64,000 nucleotides of DNA, from IMG/VR virus record IMGVR_UViG_3300022561_000009. The stretch is one strand, 5' to 3'. Below the pieces are notes generated by a model that did not search any database, was not told where the DNA came from, and worked only from the letters and a program-made list of their open reading frames with translations. Each line of letters starts with the position of its first letter. Position 1 is the first letter of the stretch. Origin of the DNA: a virus. The position numbers were made by a program, and so were the translations under genes. This document shows, piece after piece, positions 18,160-27,370 of this stretch.

Positions 18160-19440
18160 TCATGTTGCCATTCCCCCTAGTCTTAATTTTAAATATTCAA
18201 TCTCAATTTGCATTTCTTGTATTGCATGGGTTATGGTTGGAATTAATACAGGAATATTTGGTTGATAAAGTGATGGTTTTTGATTTCCTGCTTCGTCCAA
18301 TCCCTGTTTTACTTCAAATGCAAAATCAGAGTCTATCTCCATTAATTCCTGAGATATTACCCCTACTTTTTCATGTCTATTTCCATCCTTCCAATCGAAT
18401 TGACGATGCTTTATTAACAATATTTTAGCTAGAGAACTTTCTGTTGTGTCAACGATATTTTTCTTCAAGGAACGATCAGATGCATAAATACTAACTCCCC
18501 AACTACTACTACCAGTATTAACAGACATATATGGTGGAGGCCCAGAGGCAATACCTATATGGGTTATTCCAGAAGTAAAACCAGTATCTGTGGGGACAGC
18601 TCTTGAAGAGCCAAGATATGATAATGTCGAAGCAGATGTGGCGTAGTTTGAATTTGTGGCATAGTTAGCATCTTGTGCATAGTCTGCTGTACCGGATGAT
18701 GTGGCATAACCTGCACTTGTGGCATAATTTGCATTGCTAATTGTTCCATATATTGTACCTGTTACAGTTAGATTGCCATACACACTAAGGTCATTCTCAA
18801 TAGAATCGATATTTGCTGTAAGTTGTCCTGCAGAGGATAAACCAATTACCTTAGCGGGAGCACCTTCATACATCCCCGCTATAAACTTAATATAAGGTAA
18901 GTTATATGAGCCATTTATTTGTACGCCCACATCTAATGCCAAATCTGTTCCATTATACCCCTTCATTGATGAGCCACTGACAGACAGGTAGTTAACGGTA
19001 TTGGTCTTGAGCGTGACCCCAGTGATTGTCCCTGCTGATATTTGATTCGCTGCTATTTTACCTGTGACAATATAATCTTGGCCTAATTTTGTAGTTAATG
19101 CAGTTGTTGTAAGATAGCTTCCTAATGAAGTTGACATAGCACCAGTTGTAACATAACTTGATAAATCAGTTTCCCATCCAGCAGGAATAGTAGCTGGAAT
19201 ACCCTGTAGGCTATTCCATTCGATAACGGCGTTAGCTCCCAGTACAATCCCCTGCACGGCATTAATCTGTTCAGCAATCAAAGTTCCCGTGTAGATACCA
19301 GTTTCGCCTATATAGGTAAGATAAGTTCCGATATGCTCAGAAAGATTCTTTACTGCAACAAGTGGATCGTTGTGCTCAATGATTTGGCCTTTAGCTTTTT
19401 GCGCCCACATCTTCTCATAGAATTCGTTTTCGCTAGTCAC
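18160..19440 (-). CDS. tail fiber with C-terminal intramolecular chaperone (Peptidase_S74-type)
   Basis: C-terminus ASDRSLKKNIVDT...LIKHRQFDWKDG...VGVISQEL...LIPTITHAIQEMQIEIEYLK is the typical S74 auto-cleaving chaperone signature. Confidence 0.8.
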   Translation of the reverse strand: MTSENEFYEKMWAQKAKGQIIEHNDPLVAVKNLSEHIGTYLTYIGETGIYTGTLIAEQINAVQGIVLGANAVIEWNSLQGIPATIPAGWETDLSSYVTTGAMSTSLGSYLTTTALTTKLGQDYIVTGKIAANQISAGTITGVTLKTNTVNYLSVSGSSMKGYNGTDLALDVGVQINGSYNLPYIKFIAGMYEGAPAKVIGLSSAGQLTANIDSIENDLSVYGNLTVTGTIYGTISNANYATSAGYATSSGTADYAQDANYATNSNYATSASTLSYLGSSRAVPTDTGFTSGITHIGIASGPPPYMSVNTGSSSWGVSIYASDRSLKKNIVDTTESSLAKILLIKHRQFDWKDGNRHEKVGVISQELMEIDSDFAFEVKQGLDEAGNQKPSLYQPNIPVLIPTITHAIQEMQIEIEYLKLRLGGMAT

Positions 19441-19444
19441 AACA

Positions 19445-20068
19445 TCACCATCCCGTTGAGTTAATGATGCCTGTTCCCGAATCCCCTACGTTAGGCCTGC
19501 TCTCGTTCATAAAGTTGTCAAAACGATTGAGCAAAACAATTCCAGGTGCTTGAGAACCAGTATCAAATAACCATTCTCCTGCACAAAAATATGCAAGATA
19601 GTTATGAAATCTACTTGATATCTCGGGAACATCAGTGTCAAGAACCAATGGGGTTGGGGTCTTCCAGTAATAAATTGTGAACGTCCCATCATAAACCCCG
19701 TCAATGACGATGTTTCCCTTTTCAATCGTGTAATCTGAAAACAGGACACGATGTTTATAATCATCTGAGCTATTAACAAATATTATCTTATTAACACCGA
19801 TAAAGTCCGTTGGTAGAGGGTTAAGAATATAGCCGACATTTGATCCAACTTGGATGATGGTTAATATCGCTTCTATTTTATCCCTTTCAGCAAACTTGTT
19901 CTGCGCTGTATTAAGGTAATCAACGAAGGCAAGGCGAATGTCTGCCGTGTCGTTGAGGTCTAACGTCACGCCATCTGCGCTGTAAATGTTAGCTAACTTA
20001 AGAGTTAAGTCCCTTATTTCAGATAGGTTCAAGTGAAGTTCCTCCTTCGCCATCATAAGTAAAACCAC
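19445..20068 (-). CDS. head-tail adaptor candidate (hypothetical virion protein)
   Basis: 207 aa. Position equals T7 gp11 in a portal-scaffold-capsid-adaptor order. Start uncertain (GTG 20068 or ATG 20056). Confidence 0.3.
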   Translation of the reverse strand: MVLLMMAKEELHLNLSEIRDLTLKLANIYSADGVTLDLNDTADIRLAFVDYLNTAQNKFAERDKIEAILTIIQVGSNVGYILNPLPTDFIGVNKIIFVNSSDDYKHRVLFSDYTIEKGNIVIDGVYDGTFTIYYWKTPTPLVLDTDVPEISSRFHNYLAYFCAGEWLFDTGSQAPGIVLLNRFDNFMNESRPNVGDSGTGIINSTGW

Positions 20069-20091
20069 ATAATAAAAGATTCCCTAAGCCA

Positions 20092-20733
20092 TTACTTTAT
20101 TTTTTTCAACGTAGTGAGTGCTCTTTCCGTATCCCATCCGCAAGTTCCTATCCTGTCGCGCAACGTGTTATATCCAACTACACACCGCTCATCCTTACTC
20201 CACTGAGCTAAGGTCTTTATTTCCCCGAACGCTGTCCCTAGATGATTATTTCTCTTATTGTTGCAATTAACCGTAAATGTTACCCACTGACAATTATCGG
20301 GTTCATAATTTCCGTTATTGTCTTTGCGGTCTATTGTAAGCGTTTCATCGTATCCATTTGCAATCGACCATTCCCTAAATTTCTCAAACGAGTCCGACCA
20401 TTCTTCGCAAATTGTTATCCCCCTACCTCCATAATTTCGATAGTCATCCCTATTTTCGTTTGAACAACGTGTTTTAATTCCCGACCACGTACGATACAAT
20501 CTTGATCCGTATCCACTATGTTTTGTGTGTGAACGTACCGCACTCTCGATCTTTAAGCAGCCACAACTCTTAGAGTTCCCGCTACGCAAATTAGAGCCAC
20601 TTACAATTAGTTCACTACCACAAGTACACCTACACAGCCATACTGTATTTGAATTTCCATAGGGGTTCTTAGCCCTAGCAATAACTTCCAATCGTTCAAA
20701 ACTCTTACCCGTCAAGTCCATAAATTTTTTCAT
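20092..20733 (-). CDS. free-standing homing-endonuclease-like DNA-binding protein (zinc ribbon, AP2-like core, C-terminal HTH)
   Basis: LTGKSFERLEVI...WLCRCTCGSE...SCGC, YRTWSGIKTRC...YRNYGGRGITICEEW, TLAQWSKD...LRDRI..GWDTERALTT. A pattern common in phage-encoded endonuclease-like proteins. Confidence 0.55.
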   Translation of the reverse strand: MKKFMDLTGKSFERLEVIARAKNPYGNSNTVWLCRCTCGSELIVSGSNLRSGNSKSCGCLKIESAVRSHTKHSGYGSRLYRTWSGIKTRCSNENRDDYRNYGGRGITICEEWSDSFEKFREWSIANGYDETLTIDRKDNNGNYEPDNCQWVTFTVNCNNKRNNHLGTAFGEIKTLAQWSKDERCVVGYNTLRDRIGTCGWDTERALTTLKKIK

Positions 20734-20757
20734 GATATTCCTTCACCCCTTGATCCT

Positions 20758-20766
20758 ATTATACCA
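20758..20766 (-). promoter_or_regulatory. extended -10 promoter (TGGTATAAT) of 20092..20733
   Basis: Reverse complement TGGTATAAT 25 nt upstream of the ATG, inside an intergenic block repeated at 44602-44692. Confidence 0.55.
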
Positions 20767-20837
20767 TTAAGTCCAATGACTTACAAGGACTTGCAAGCAT
20801 CTGCTTTATGATATATAGTATCCTTGAGGTGATATTT

Positions 20838-20996
20838 ATGGCGAACAAGGAACTCAAAACAAGGACACCCATTTCAAACGCAGTTGACATTGCTTTATGG
20901 GAGAAACTAAAGAATTACTCCGAGAAAACAGGAATACCATTATCAAAGTTGTTAGATAAATCCATAGCCCTTTACCTTGAGTCTGTTAGTAAATAA
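20838..20996 (+). CDS. small ribbon-helix-helix protein, 52 aa, divergent from the endonuclease-like gene
   Basis: MANKELKTRTPISNAVDIALWEKLKNYSEKTGIPLSKLLDKSIALYLESVSK. About 70% identical to the 44693..44851 product. RBS GAGGTG. Confidence 0.7.
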   Translation: MANKELKTRTPISNAVDIALWEKLKNYSEKTGIPLSKLLDKSIALYLESVSK

Positions 20997-21005
20997 CAGG
21001 CTCTT

Positions 21006-21278
21006 TTATATGTCTAGGATTAGCACAGCGATACTAGTTCCTGTTGCGTTAGATATTACTGACAAATTATTCTTCACTGTTATTTTTATTTGCAAGGTTG
21101 TCATAGCAGGGACTAGGAAGCCGTTTGATGTCGTTGCTGTCGTTGTGGGATGAAAATATAGAGGTTGTGCGCCTGTATTAGAAATCAGGCAGGGTCTTCC
21201 ATTTATCGGGATATCGGTCGCCAACGCTACTAGGGCTGGAACTACTAGAACGTCGAGTGCTCTTGCTACGTGTGCCAT
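21006..21278 (-). CDS. hypothetical virion protein (beta-rich)
   Basis: Strong RBS AAAGGAGG 8 nt upstream of ATG 21278. 90 aa. Confidence 0.6.
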   Translation of the reverse strand: MAHVARALDVLVVPALVALATDIPINGRPCLISNTGAQPLYFHPTTTATTSNGFLVPAMTTLQIKITVKNNLSVISNATGTSIAVLILDI

Positions 21279-21471
21279 TTGTTTTGACCTCCTTTGATTT
21301 TGGCTTTGGTTTTGGTTTTGGTTTAACTACTTTTGGCACTGTATCCTTCGCGATTGGACGCAGGACTTCGAGAAGTTGAGCAAGTAGGGAATTGTTAGTA
21401 CGCATTTCTGCGCGAATGTCGTAGAGTAGTTGGCGATCCGATGTGGACCTGTCAATCTGTTCTTCTAGCAT
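21178..21471 (-). CDS. hypothetical protein with (KP)n tract
   Basis: ORF overlaps the next gene by 101 nt in another frame, so the true 3' end is uncertain. RBS GGAGGAAAC upstream of ATG 21471. Confidence 0.45.
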   Translation of the reverse strand: MLEEQIDRSTSDRQLLYDIRAEMRTNNSLLAQLLEVLRPIAKDTVPKVVKPKPKPKPKSKEVKTNGTRSKSTRRSSSSSPSSVGDRYPDKWKTLPDF

Positions 21472-21511
21472 GTTGTTTCCTCCAAAAAAGGGAGAGAGCC
21501 GAAGCCCTCTC

Positions 21512-21676
21512 TTATACTTGAAATATTAAATTGAGTTTGGCTTTGATTTCGTTGAGAAGTAGGACCGCAGCGTCAAATTCGGGCTTCGTAGGAACTCCGA
21601 CTGATGGTGATGCATTTGGTGAAGTTACCTTTGCTGTTTTATCGAGAATGAGAGTGTCAAAATTAGAGTTTCCCAT
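21512..21676 (-). CDS. small head-associated protein, 54 aa
   Basis: Manual ORF MGNSNFDTLILDKTAKVTSPNASPSVGVPTKPEFDAAVLLLNEIKAKLNLIFQV. RBS GGAGGTG. Directly downstream of the capsid gene and followed by a hairpin terminator. Confidence 0.55.
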   Translation of the reverse strand: MGNSNFDTLILDKTAKVTSPNASPSVGVPTKPEFDAAVLLLNEIKAKLNLIFQV

Positions 21677-21726
21677 TGTTTCACCTCCATAAAGATAAGG
21701 CGAGTATTACTACCCGCCTAGTTGAA

Positions 21727-22728
21727 TTAGAAGCTTGTTGCGCCAGCAAGTCCTGGGGCAGAACAGAGGACAGCCTTCCAAGAATTGCAAGCAGCAGCGT
21801 ACCTCGATCTGCCCTTCATGATATTCGCATCACTTGTCTCGTCAATATAACTCTTAGTCGTTAATGGGATGCGGTCAAGCCAAACGAGGGCTTGGTATGC
21901 TTCGTTGTATGCAGAGTCCATAAGCATCCAAGATTCCGCACCTGCGGTTGTTCCGGCAAGTGCTGTAAGATAGGGACTGAGGATTATCGTCCAGCGCCCG
22001 AAGTGGATCGACGCAGCGTTATTACTAGTCGTTGGGTTCATATCAGACCCTACGGCCTCAAACACTAGCTTCTTGATGCTTGCTTTGTCAGGGATGATGA
22101 TTGTATCAGGGGTGCAGGAAAGAAGATTTGAGTCATCGTCTTTAAAATAATGCATTTTCTCTTCTGCGTAGCTGAGGTTATCGTAAGAAAAAGCACCATT
22201 ATAAAGGTTGGACTGAGCAGGTGTTCCACCAGTAATTGAAGGATGGTCAGTTGCGAACATAGCTTTTTTGTCTGCCCCTGAAATGTCGAAGTTCTTGCCC
22301 ATGAAAGTCATATTAGCTAAGTTACCGTTATTAAGAATACCTGCTGCAAAAAGCTCCTTCGTGCGATTATAAGAAAGCATAAAGGCAGAAGCACGGCTCT
22401 TGATCTTACCGATTTTAGCATCCTCAACCATTTCCTGCGTAACGCTGAATTGATTCTTCCAAGTCTCAGGCTCAATTACCTTTGAGTAGCCTTCCTGCAT
22501 GGAAGATTCTGGGTACTTTCCGTTCTCTCCGGTTGGCAAAAAGTTACCGAGACTTGTTTCACTGGTGTACTTATTAGCGAAGTCCTTTGTTTCGTCCATA
22601 TAGAAAACCTTATCAATGATAGACATTTTTTGAAAGGCTTCCTCGGCCTGTTCCAGCATCATTTTAATAGGCTCTTGCGATTTTCCATAGATACTGTCAT
22701 TCACTCCACTTGCTTTAGAAAAAATCAT
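21727..22728 (-). CDS. major capsid protein
   Basis: ~333 aa, after the scaffold and decoration genes. Start moved to ATG 22728 (8 nt after AAGGAG). Call by size and position. Confidence 0.7.
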   Translation of the reverse strand: MIFSKASGVNDSIYGKSQEPIKMMLEQAEEAFQKMSIIDKVFYMDETKDFANKYTSETSLGNFLPTGENGKYPESSMQEGYSKVIEPETWKNQFSVTQEMVEDAKIGKIKSRASAFMLSYNRTKELFAAGILNNGNLANMTFMGKNFDISGADKKAMFATDHPSITGGTPAQSNLYNGAFSYDNLSYAEEKMHYFKDDDSNLLSCTPDTIIIPDKASIKKLVFEAVGSDMNPTTSNNAASIHFGRWTIILSPYLTALAGTTAGAESWMLMDSAYNEAYQALVWLDRIPLTTKSYIDETSDANIMKGRSRYAAACNSWKAVLCSAPGLAGATSF

Positions 22729-22806
22729 TTCTTTCACTCCTTAAATTTGCTCATAATAAAAGGACCCCTCATTTCGAGAAGCCCAACCGATTCAACTAAC
22801 TATGAC

Positions 22807-23199
22807 CTATCTCCTAAAATAGCCCGAGACAGCATTAGCACCATCAGTCGCACTAATCTCAAACACTCCCGAAGTAACAGTCGCCGTTGCCAGCAATCCT
22901 GTAGCATCAATCGTAACCTTCGATCCAATCAATGTAGCTGCTACTACAGCAGAACTTGTGGTAGAGAACTCAGTACCCTCTTTAACGCGTGTGACAGGCA
23001 ATGGTGTAACAGAAGTAGCCTCTGCCACTCTACTTGCTACAGCGATAAACTCAGGGGTTGCAGTAGCCCCACACTTAGTCAATCTCCCAGCTGTCTGTAC
23101 CAATGCTTCCCCAAGGGTCGCGCCCTCTGCATTAGTTAAAAGATAATACTCGAATGGATCTTGCGCTCCGTCAATATTTCCTACTCGTTTAAAAGCCAT
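22807..23199 (-). CDS. head decoration/cement-type protein candidate
   Basis: 130 aa, Ala/Thr/Val-rich beta protein between scaffold and capsid genes. RBS AGGAGTG. Confidence 0.45.
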   Translation of the reverse strand: MAFKRVGNIDGAQDPFEYYLLTNAEGATLGEALVQTAGRLTKCGATATPEFIAVASRVAEATSVTPLPVTRVKEGTEFSTTSSAVVAATLIGSKVTIDATGLLATATVTSGVFEISATDGANAVSGYFRR

Positions 23200-23214
23200 T
23201 TAAAATCACTCCTA

Positions 23215-24165
23215 TTATTTATTACTTGCTTTGTAATGTTTTTTGAACTGTTCGTCAGTCCCTTTGGGGTTAAATCTACGGTACTGCTCCATTACATCAT
23301 CGGGCACAACAGTCATATCAGAATCCGTTCCCTTACCATTGCCCTTCACGTGAGCCTTACCCTGGATACTGTTCAGCGTGGCTTGCCGAGTGGCATCAGT
23401 TTGTTTAGCCGCAATCTCTTTGCGTTGCGAAGTGTAGTAGGCATCCACTAATGAAATGCCTGATTGACCGCCTTTCCATAACTGCCAAACTGCTTGAGGT
23501 ACATCGTTCGCTTCAGCCATATCAGGAAATTCCTTGGTTAGTTCGCCAAAACTGTCCACAAGGAATCTGTCATGTTGTTCTTTTTCCGCGACTTTTTGAG
23601 TTTCAGCAAATGCTTCGTTGTTCTCTCTCGCCCGTTTAACGTCAGGATGTTCGGCAACAATCTTGTTAATCACTTCGGGGTCAATTCCCTTGTCTTTGTA
23701 CTCTTGAAGTAAGGCTTCTTGTTCCTCACGTTTCAACGCTACATCAAGCTCTGCAAGCGTCTTAACTCCGTGGCTTTCACCATACTTTTCAGCGACATCA
23801 GCATCCGAGTAAACGCCATATTGACCATACTTCTTGGCTATCTCTCTATCTGATGTTCGCTGGGCTTCGATTTCAGTTACTCGTTTTTCCGCCGCTTCTA
23901 GCTTGCGCCTGTTATCAGCGAAGGCACGATCTTGTTCAGGGGTTTGCTTCGTTTGAGTGGCGGGCTCATCCACACTTTTTTCAGTGTCGGTTACGCCTTC
24001 CATTGGCTCTGCTTTTGTTTCCGGATCCGCAGTTTCTTCTACGGGTGATTCTGTTTCTAATGGTTCGGTTGAGACTTCATCTTGGGGTGCAGCGGAATCC
24101 CCTCCTACGCTACTATCCTCAGCAAAAAGCTGTAAGTTCATTGGGATAAATGATGTCTTAAACAT
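23215..24165 (-). CDS. scaffolding protein
   Basis: Acidic, helical/coiled-coil 316 aa. N-terminal NLQLFA motif common in phage head-assembly proteins. Located between portal region and capsid. Confidence 0.7.
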   Translation of the reverse strand: MFKTSFIPMNLQLFAEDSSVGGDSAAPQDEVSTEPLETESPVEETADPETKAEPMEGVTDTEKSVDEPATQTKQTPEQDRAFADNRRKLEAAEKRVTEIEAQRTSDREIAKKYGQYGVYSDADVAEKYGESHGVKTLAELDVALKREEQEALLQEYKDKGIDPEVINKIVAEHPDVKRARENNEAFAETQKVAEKEQHDRFLVDSFGELTKEFPDMAEANDVPQAVWQLWKGGQSGISLVDAYYTSQRKEIAAKQTDATRQATLNSIQGKAHVKGNGKGTDSDMTVVPDDVMEQYRRFNPKGTDEQFKKHYKASNK

Positions 24166-24279
24166 TATTGTTCTCCTTGCGTTTGCACCCGCCGGCGTAT
24201 TACCTGTCTAATTCCAGGAGCCATCCACTACTAGGCAAAGAGAAAAGGCGACTCGTATTGCCGCCTTAATATAAATAAA

Positions 24280-24399
24280 TTATTTACCGGAACGAAGGTC
24301 TTTACCGGTGGATTTGATTGGCTTGGCGTTTGATTTATTGATGTTCGTCGCTTTGATGTAACCTGCGCTGTTTTGGGGGATCTTAATTTTCTCACTCAT
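24280..24399 (-). CDS. small basic protein, 39 aa
   Basis: Manual ORF MSEKIKIPQNSAGYIKATNINKSNAKPIKSTGKDLRSGK. RBS GGAAGGGAGG. Confidence 0.45.
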   Translation of the reverse strand: MSEKIKIPQNSAGYIKATNINKSNAKPIKSTGKDLRSGK

Positions 24400-24518
24400 G
24401 TTGTTGCCTCCCTTCCTTAAAGATGGGCATATAATAAGAGCCGTTTTTTACGACTCGTCAGCTGGCATTTATTAAATTAAAGCAATGGCATCAACTACTT
24501 TCATAGCGTTAGATTAAT

Positions 24519-24809
24519 TTAGCACTTCTTACCTTTCTTCATTGCCTTTTTCTTCGGCATCGCCACCCCAGGCATTCCGATACCTGGCATCGCCTTCGCC
24601 AACATCATGTCGATTTTGGCAGAGGTTTTCTTTTTGTCTGTAGGCTTCTTTGGGGTTTGTCCTTTTTTAGCAGGACCGCCAACCATTTCCCCTGAGCTTC
24701 CAATACTGTTAGGAGTTTTGTTTGCAGGATTAACCGCCTTGCCCTTTTTCCCTGCGAGCATTGCCTTGAATGCATTTTGTGCGGCCTTTTGTTTTGGTGT
24801 TGATGCCAT
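24519..24809 (-). CDS. highly basic Lys-rich protein (possible packaged DNA-binding protein)
   Basis: MASTPKQKAAQNAFKAMLAGKKGK...PKKPTDKKKTSAK...MPKKKAMKKGKKC. Start ATG 24809 overlaps the upstream stop (TAATG). Confidence 0.6.
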   Translation of the reverse strand: MASTPKQKAAQNAFKAMLAGKKGKAVNPANKTPNSIGSSGEMVGGPAKKGQTPKKPTDKKKTSAKIDMMLAKAMPGIGMPGVAMPKKKAMKKGKKC

Positions 24810-25237
24810 TATTCGTTTCCTTCTTTCAATAAATCTTTTACCGAGTAAACAGAACAAAATATCTTGGATAAATTAACTACCATTGATTCAACGAATTGCA
24901 TTTTCTGTCTCCTAACAATTGTGGGAGAATCTATTTCATCCATTAAATCATCTGCCATATCGCTTATATCACCTACGACAATGTGATAGAGCTCATGGGT
25001 AATTGATTCCTCCCAATGCTCATCTAACGCCGAATGGTCCTGATTAACGTGGATGATCGCTTCTTTTCTCAGTCTGTTTCTCTCACACATCATGGCAGTA
25101 TCTAGGTTATCTGAATCGAAGATATGTTTCATTTCGTACTGGCTTATATAATCGACCGAAATATCCCAATTCTGAATACGCATTATTTTAGCGAGAGACT
25201 TTACAATTTCTTCGAGCTTTTCTTTTGAAGGTAGCAA
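24809..25237 (-). CDS. hypothetical head-module protein with HExxH motif
   Basis: ITHELYHIVVGD contains a possible zinc-metallopeptidase motif. TTG start 9 nt after AAGGAGGG, immediately after the portal stop. Confidence 0.5.
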   Translation of the reverse strand: MLPSKEKLEEIVKSLAKIMRIQNWDISVDYISQYEMKHIFDSDNLDTAMMCERNRLRKEAIIHVNQDHSALDEHWEESITHELYHIVVGDISDMADDLMDEIDSPTIVRRQKMQFVESMVVNLSKIFCSVYSVKDLLKEGNE

Positions 25238-27343
25238 TTATTGTTGCCCTCCTTGACCTTGCATCATCTGTTGAATTATCTCAATCTTTTTATCATCTGG
25301 TAGCTGAGCGAACGCTTGTTGCTCTTCTGGTGTCATATTTTGCATAGCACCTTCTAGCAACTTTTGAACATCCACCTGTGCGTTTGTCCCATCTTGCGGT
25401 TGCTGTGGCTGTGGAGGTTGTTCTGTCCCCTGTGGTGGAACTTGTTCCGGTTGCCCGTGATCTACTTGTGACTGATATGTTTGCTCTTGTCCGGATGGCA
25501 CTAATGGTTGACCGCCATTGGACTTAATACCGAGTTTTTGTAGGAACTGAGCTTGAGCGTCCGGCATCATATCTTTGTAATTTGTCGTGACCTTCGGAAC
25601 GGTAGGCGGCGTTTTCGCCATGTTCTCCATTTGCTTATTGATGGTGTCGAGAATAATTTTAGCATTAGGGTATTTCTGAGCAACCATCTGAGTCCAAAAG
25701 ATTACACTCGCAGGAGTGGCATTGAACCCGCCATATTTAAGTTGTTCGTTCGCTTGAGAAAATAGCCACATCTTGTCTCTTGGAAGTCCTGAACCCGCAT
25801 CTGCTTGAAAGATAAAGTCTGTGTTGTAGTAAAGTTCTCCTGCTTTGTCTCGAACTAAGAAAGCATATTTATTAAAATCGCCGAATGAATCTTGACCGTT
25901 CGCATCTTTTGTAACATAGGGGCGAAGTTCATCATAGAAAGCGAGTTTAAACTCAAACATGGTTTCGTACATTTGCTTAAACGCTGCATACTTGTTTGAT
26001 TCCTTAGAGCGCAACCGCCCGCTTGCTTGCTGAACTTGAATTTGTTTAGCGACTCCGCTTGTTGCCGTTGTGTCTGCCTTACCTTGGAAACTATTTGTAA
26101 TACCGAGGGTTGACTGTGCCGACCTGTATTGCTGTTGAGCGAACGCCATATCATTGCTGATGTCGGCTTGTAGGTTCTTGACACCAAGAGCACTTAGTTC
26201 TGATTGCGTACCTCTTATAATCGCGTAAAGTTCATTTGTGAGATTGAGCCTGTGACCTTCTAACGCTGTGACGATAGCACTACCGCGCAGGATCTTTTCC
26301 TCAATGGTACTTACGACACGTTTCATTGCATCTTGTTGGTCACGAATAGCGTCTACGTCCGACTGACCACCAAACGCAAAGTTGAGAGGAATATTTTCTC
26401 GGACAATTAACGGGTATCGAGTAGGAGTAAAGTAGGGAACCTTTTCTCCTGCTTTTATGACTTCACCATTCGATATAGTTATGTCACTGTCGAGAGTTTC
26501 TTCTGTAACAATCTTTCCGTCAATACGCCTTGCATAAAAATTCGGCAAATCTTCTAGGACGGTATCATCACACCAAGTAAACTTGCTAACCTCACCATCG
26601 TCATTCTTATACCAGCAAACAACTTCTGTTACCATATCTGGATTGTTAGGCTGTGACGAATTGCCGACTAAACTATTCATATCAGGAAATTCTTCTCCGG
26701 CAGTATCCAGTTCAACGTCATAGCGCTTTTTGATAAATGCTTTTGTAACAGAAGAAACAATGAAGAAGTAATCCATCTTTTGAAGGTCCCATACGCCAAT
26801 CTGCGGGATAATTCGTTTCGGATGAATTGATTCTAACGATAATTCCCCACGGTAAAGATGATGTTTGAAATCAGGATTCCAATTAACGAGCATTGAAGAA
26901 AATCCCTGGACAGGAGTTATTCGCTCATTGACATCGTTTATGGCAGTGATTCCCAACTCCGTTATGTCTGCCGTTAAACTGTCCTCAATCATTCCTGCTT
27001 GAACTTCAAAGCCAGGTAGTTTAGTTCTGACGGACGGTTTAGGGATTGTTGAGTCTACCATCGTTTCAATGAATTCAAGGACAAGGTTTACAACGTTGTT
27101 GGCCTTTTTCCTTACGCCTTGTGAGTTGGAGGAATTGATATTTGCATCGACGATGGGTGTTCCAAGATAAATCATTTCGCGTTCGTCACGCAAGGTTGTG
27201 CAAGTTCCCGTTTTCGATATAGAGAATTTATCCTGCCATTTTTTTAAGTCTGAATTTTGTTTTGATTCTTCCTTGGCCGTTTGGATAGTGCTTTTAACTT
27301 TGTCCACTATTTTACCTCCGATCTCTTTTAGTTTTTCTAACAA
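25238..27343 (-). CDS. portal protein
   Basis: ~700 aa downstream of TerL with a Q/P-rich C-terminal tail. Start set to TTG 27343 (6 nt after AAGGAGGTG); the upstream in-frame ATG 27370 lies in the U-tract of the preceding terminator. Confidence 0.7.
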   Translation of the reverse strand: MLEKLKEIGGKIVDKVKSTIQTAKEESKQNSDLKKWQDKFSISKTGTCTTLRDEREMIYLGTPIVDANINSSNSQGVRKKANNVVNLVLEFIETMVDSTIPKPSVRTKLPGFEVQAGMIEDSLTADITELGITAINDVNERITPVQGFSSMLVNWNPDFKHHLYRGELSLESIHPKRIIPQIGVWDLQKMDYFFIVSSVTKAFIKKRYDVELDTAGEEFPDMNSLVGNSSQPNNPDMVTEVVCWYKNDDGEVSKFTWCDDTVLEDLPNFYARRIDGKIVTEETLDSDITISNGEVIKAGEKVPYFTPTRYPLIVRENIPLNFAFGGQSDVDAIRDQQDAMKRVVSTIEEKILRGSAIVTALEGHRLNLTNELYAIIRGTQSELSALGVKNLQADISNDMAFAQQQYRSAQSTLGITNSFQGKADTTATSGVAKQIQVQQASGRLRSKESNKYAAFKQMYETMFEFKLAFYDELRPYVTKDANGQDSFGDFNKYAFLVRDKAGELYYNTDFIFQADAGSGLPRDKMWLFSQANEQLKYGGFNATPASVIFWTQMVAQKYPNAKIILDTINKQMENMAKTPPTVPKVTTNYKDMMPDAQAQFLQKLGIKSNGGQPLVPSGQEQTYQSQVDHGQPEQVPPQGTEQPPQPQQPQDGTNAQVDVQKLLEGAMQNMTPEEQQAFAQLPDDKKIEIIQQMMQGQGGQQ

Positions 27344-27370
27344 TCTGACCACCTCCTTAAAAGTTGGCAT

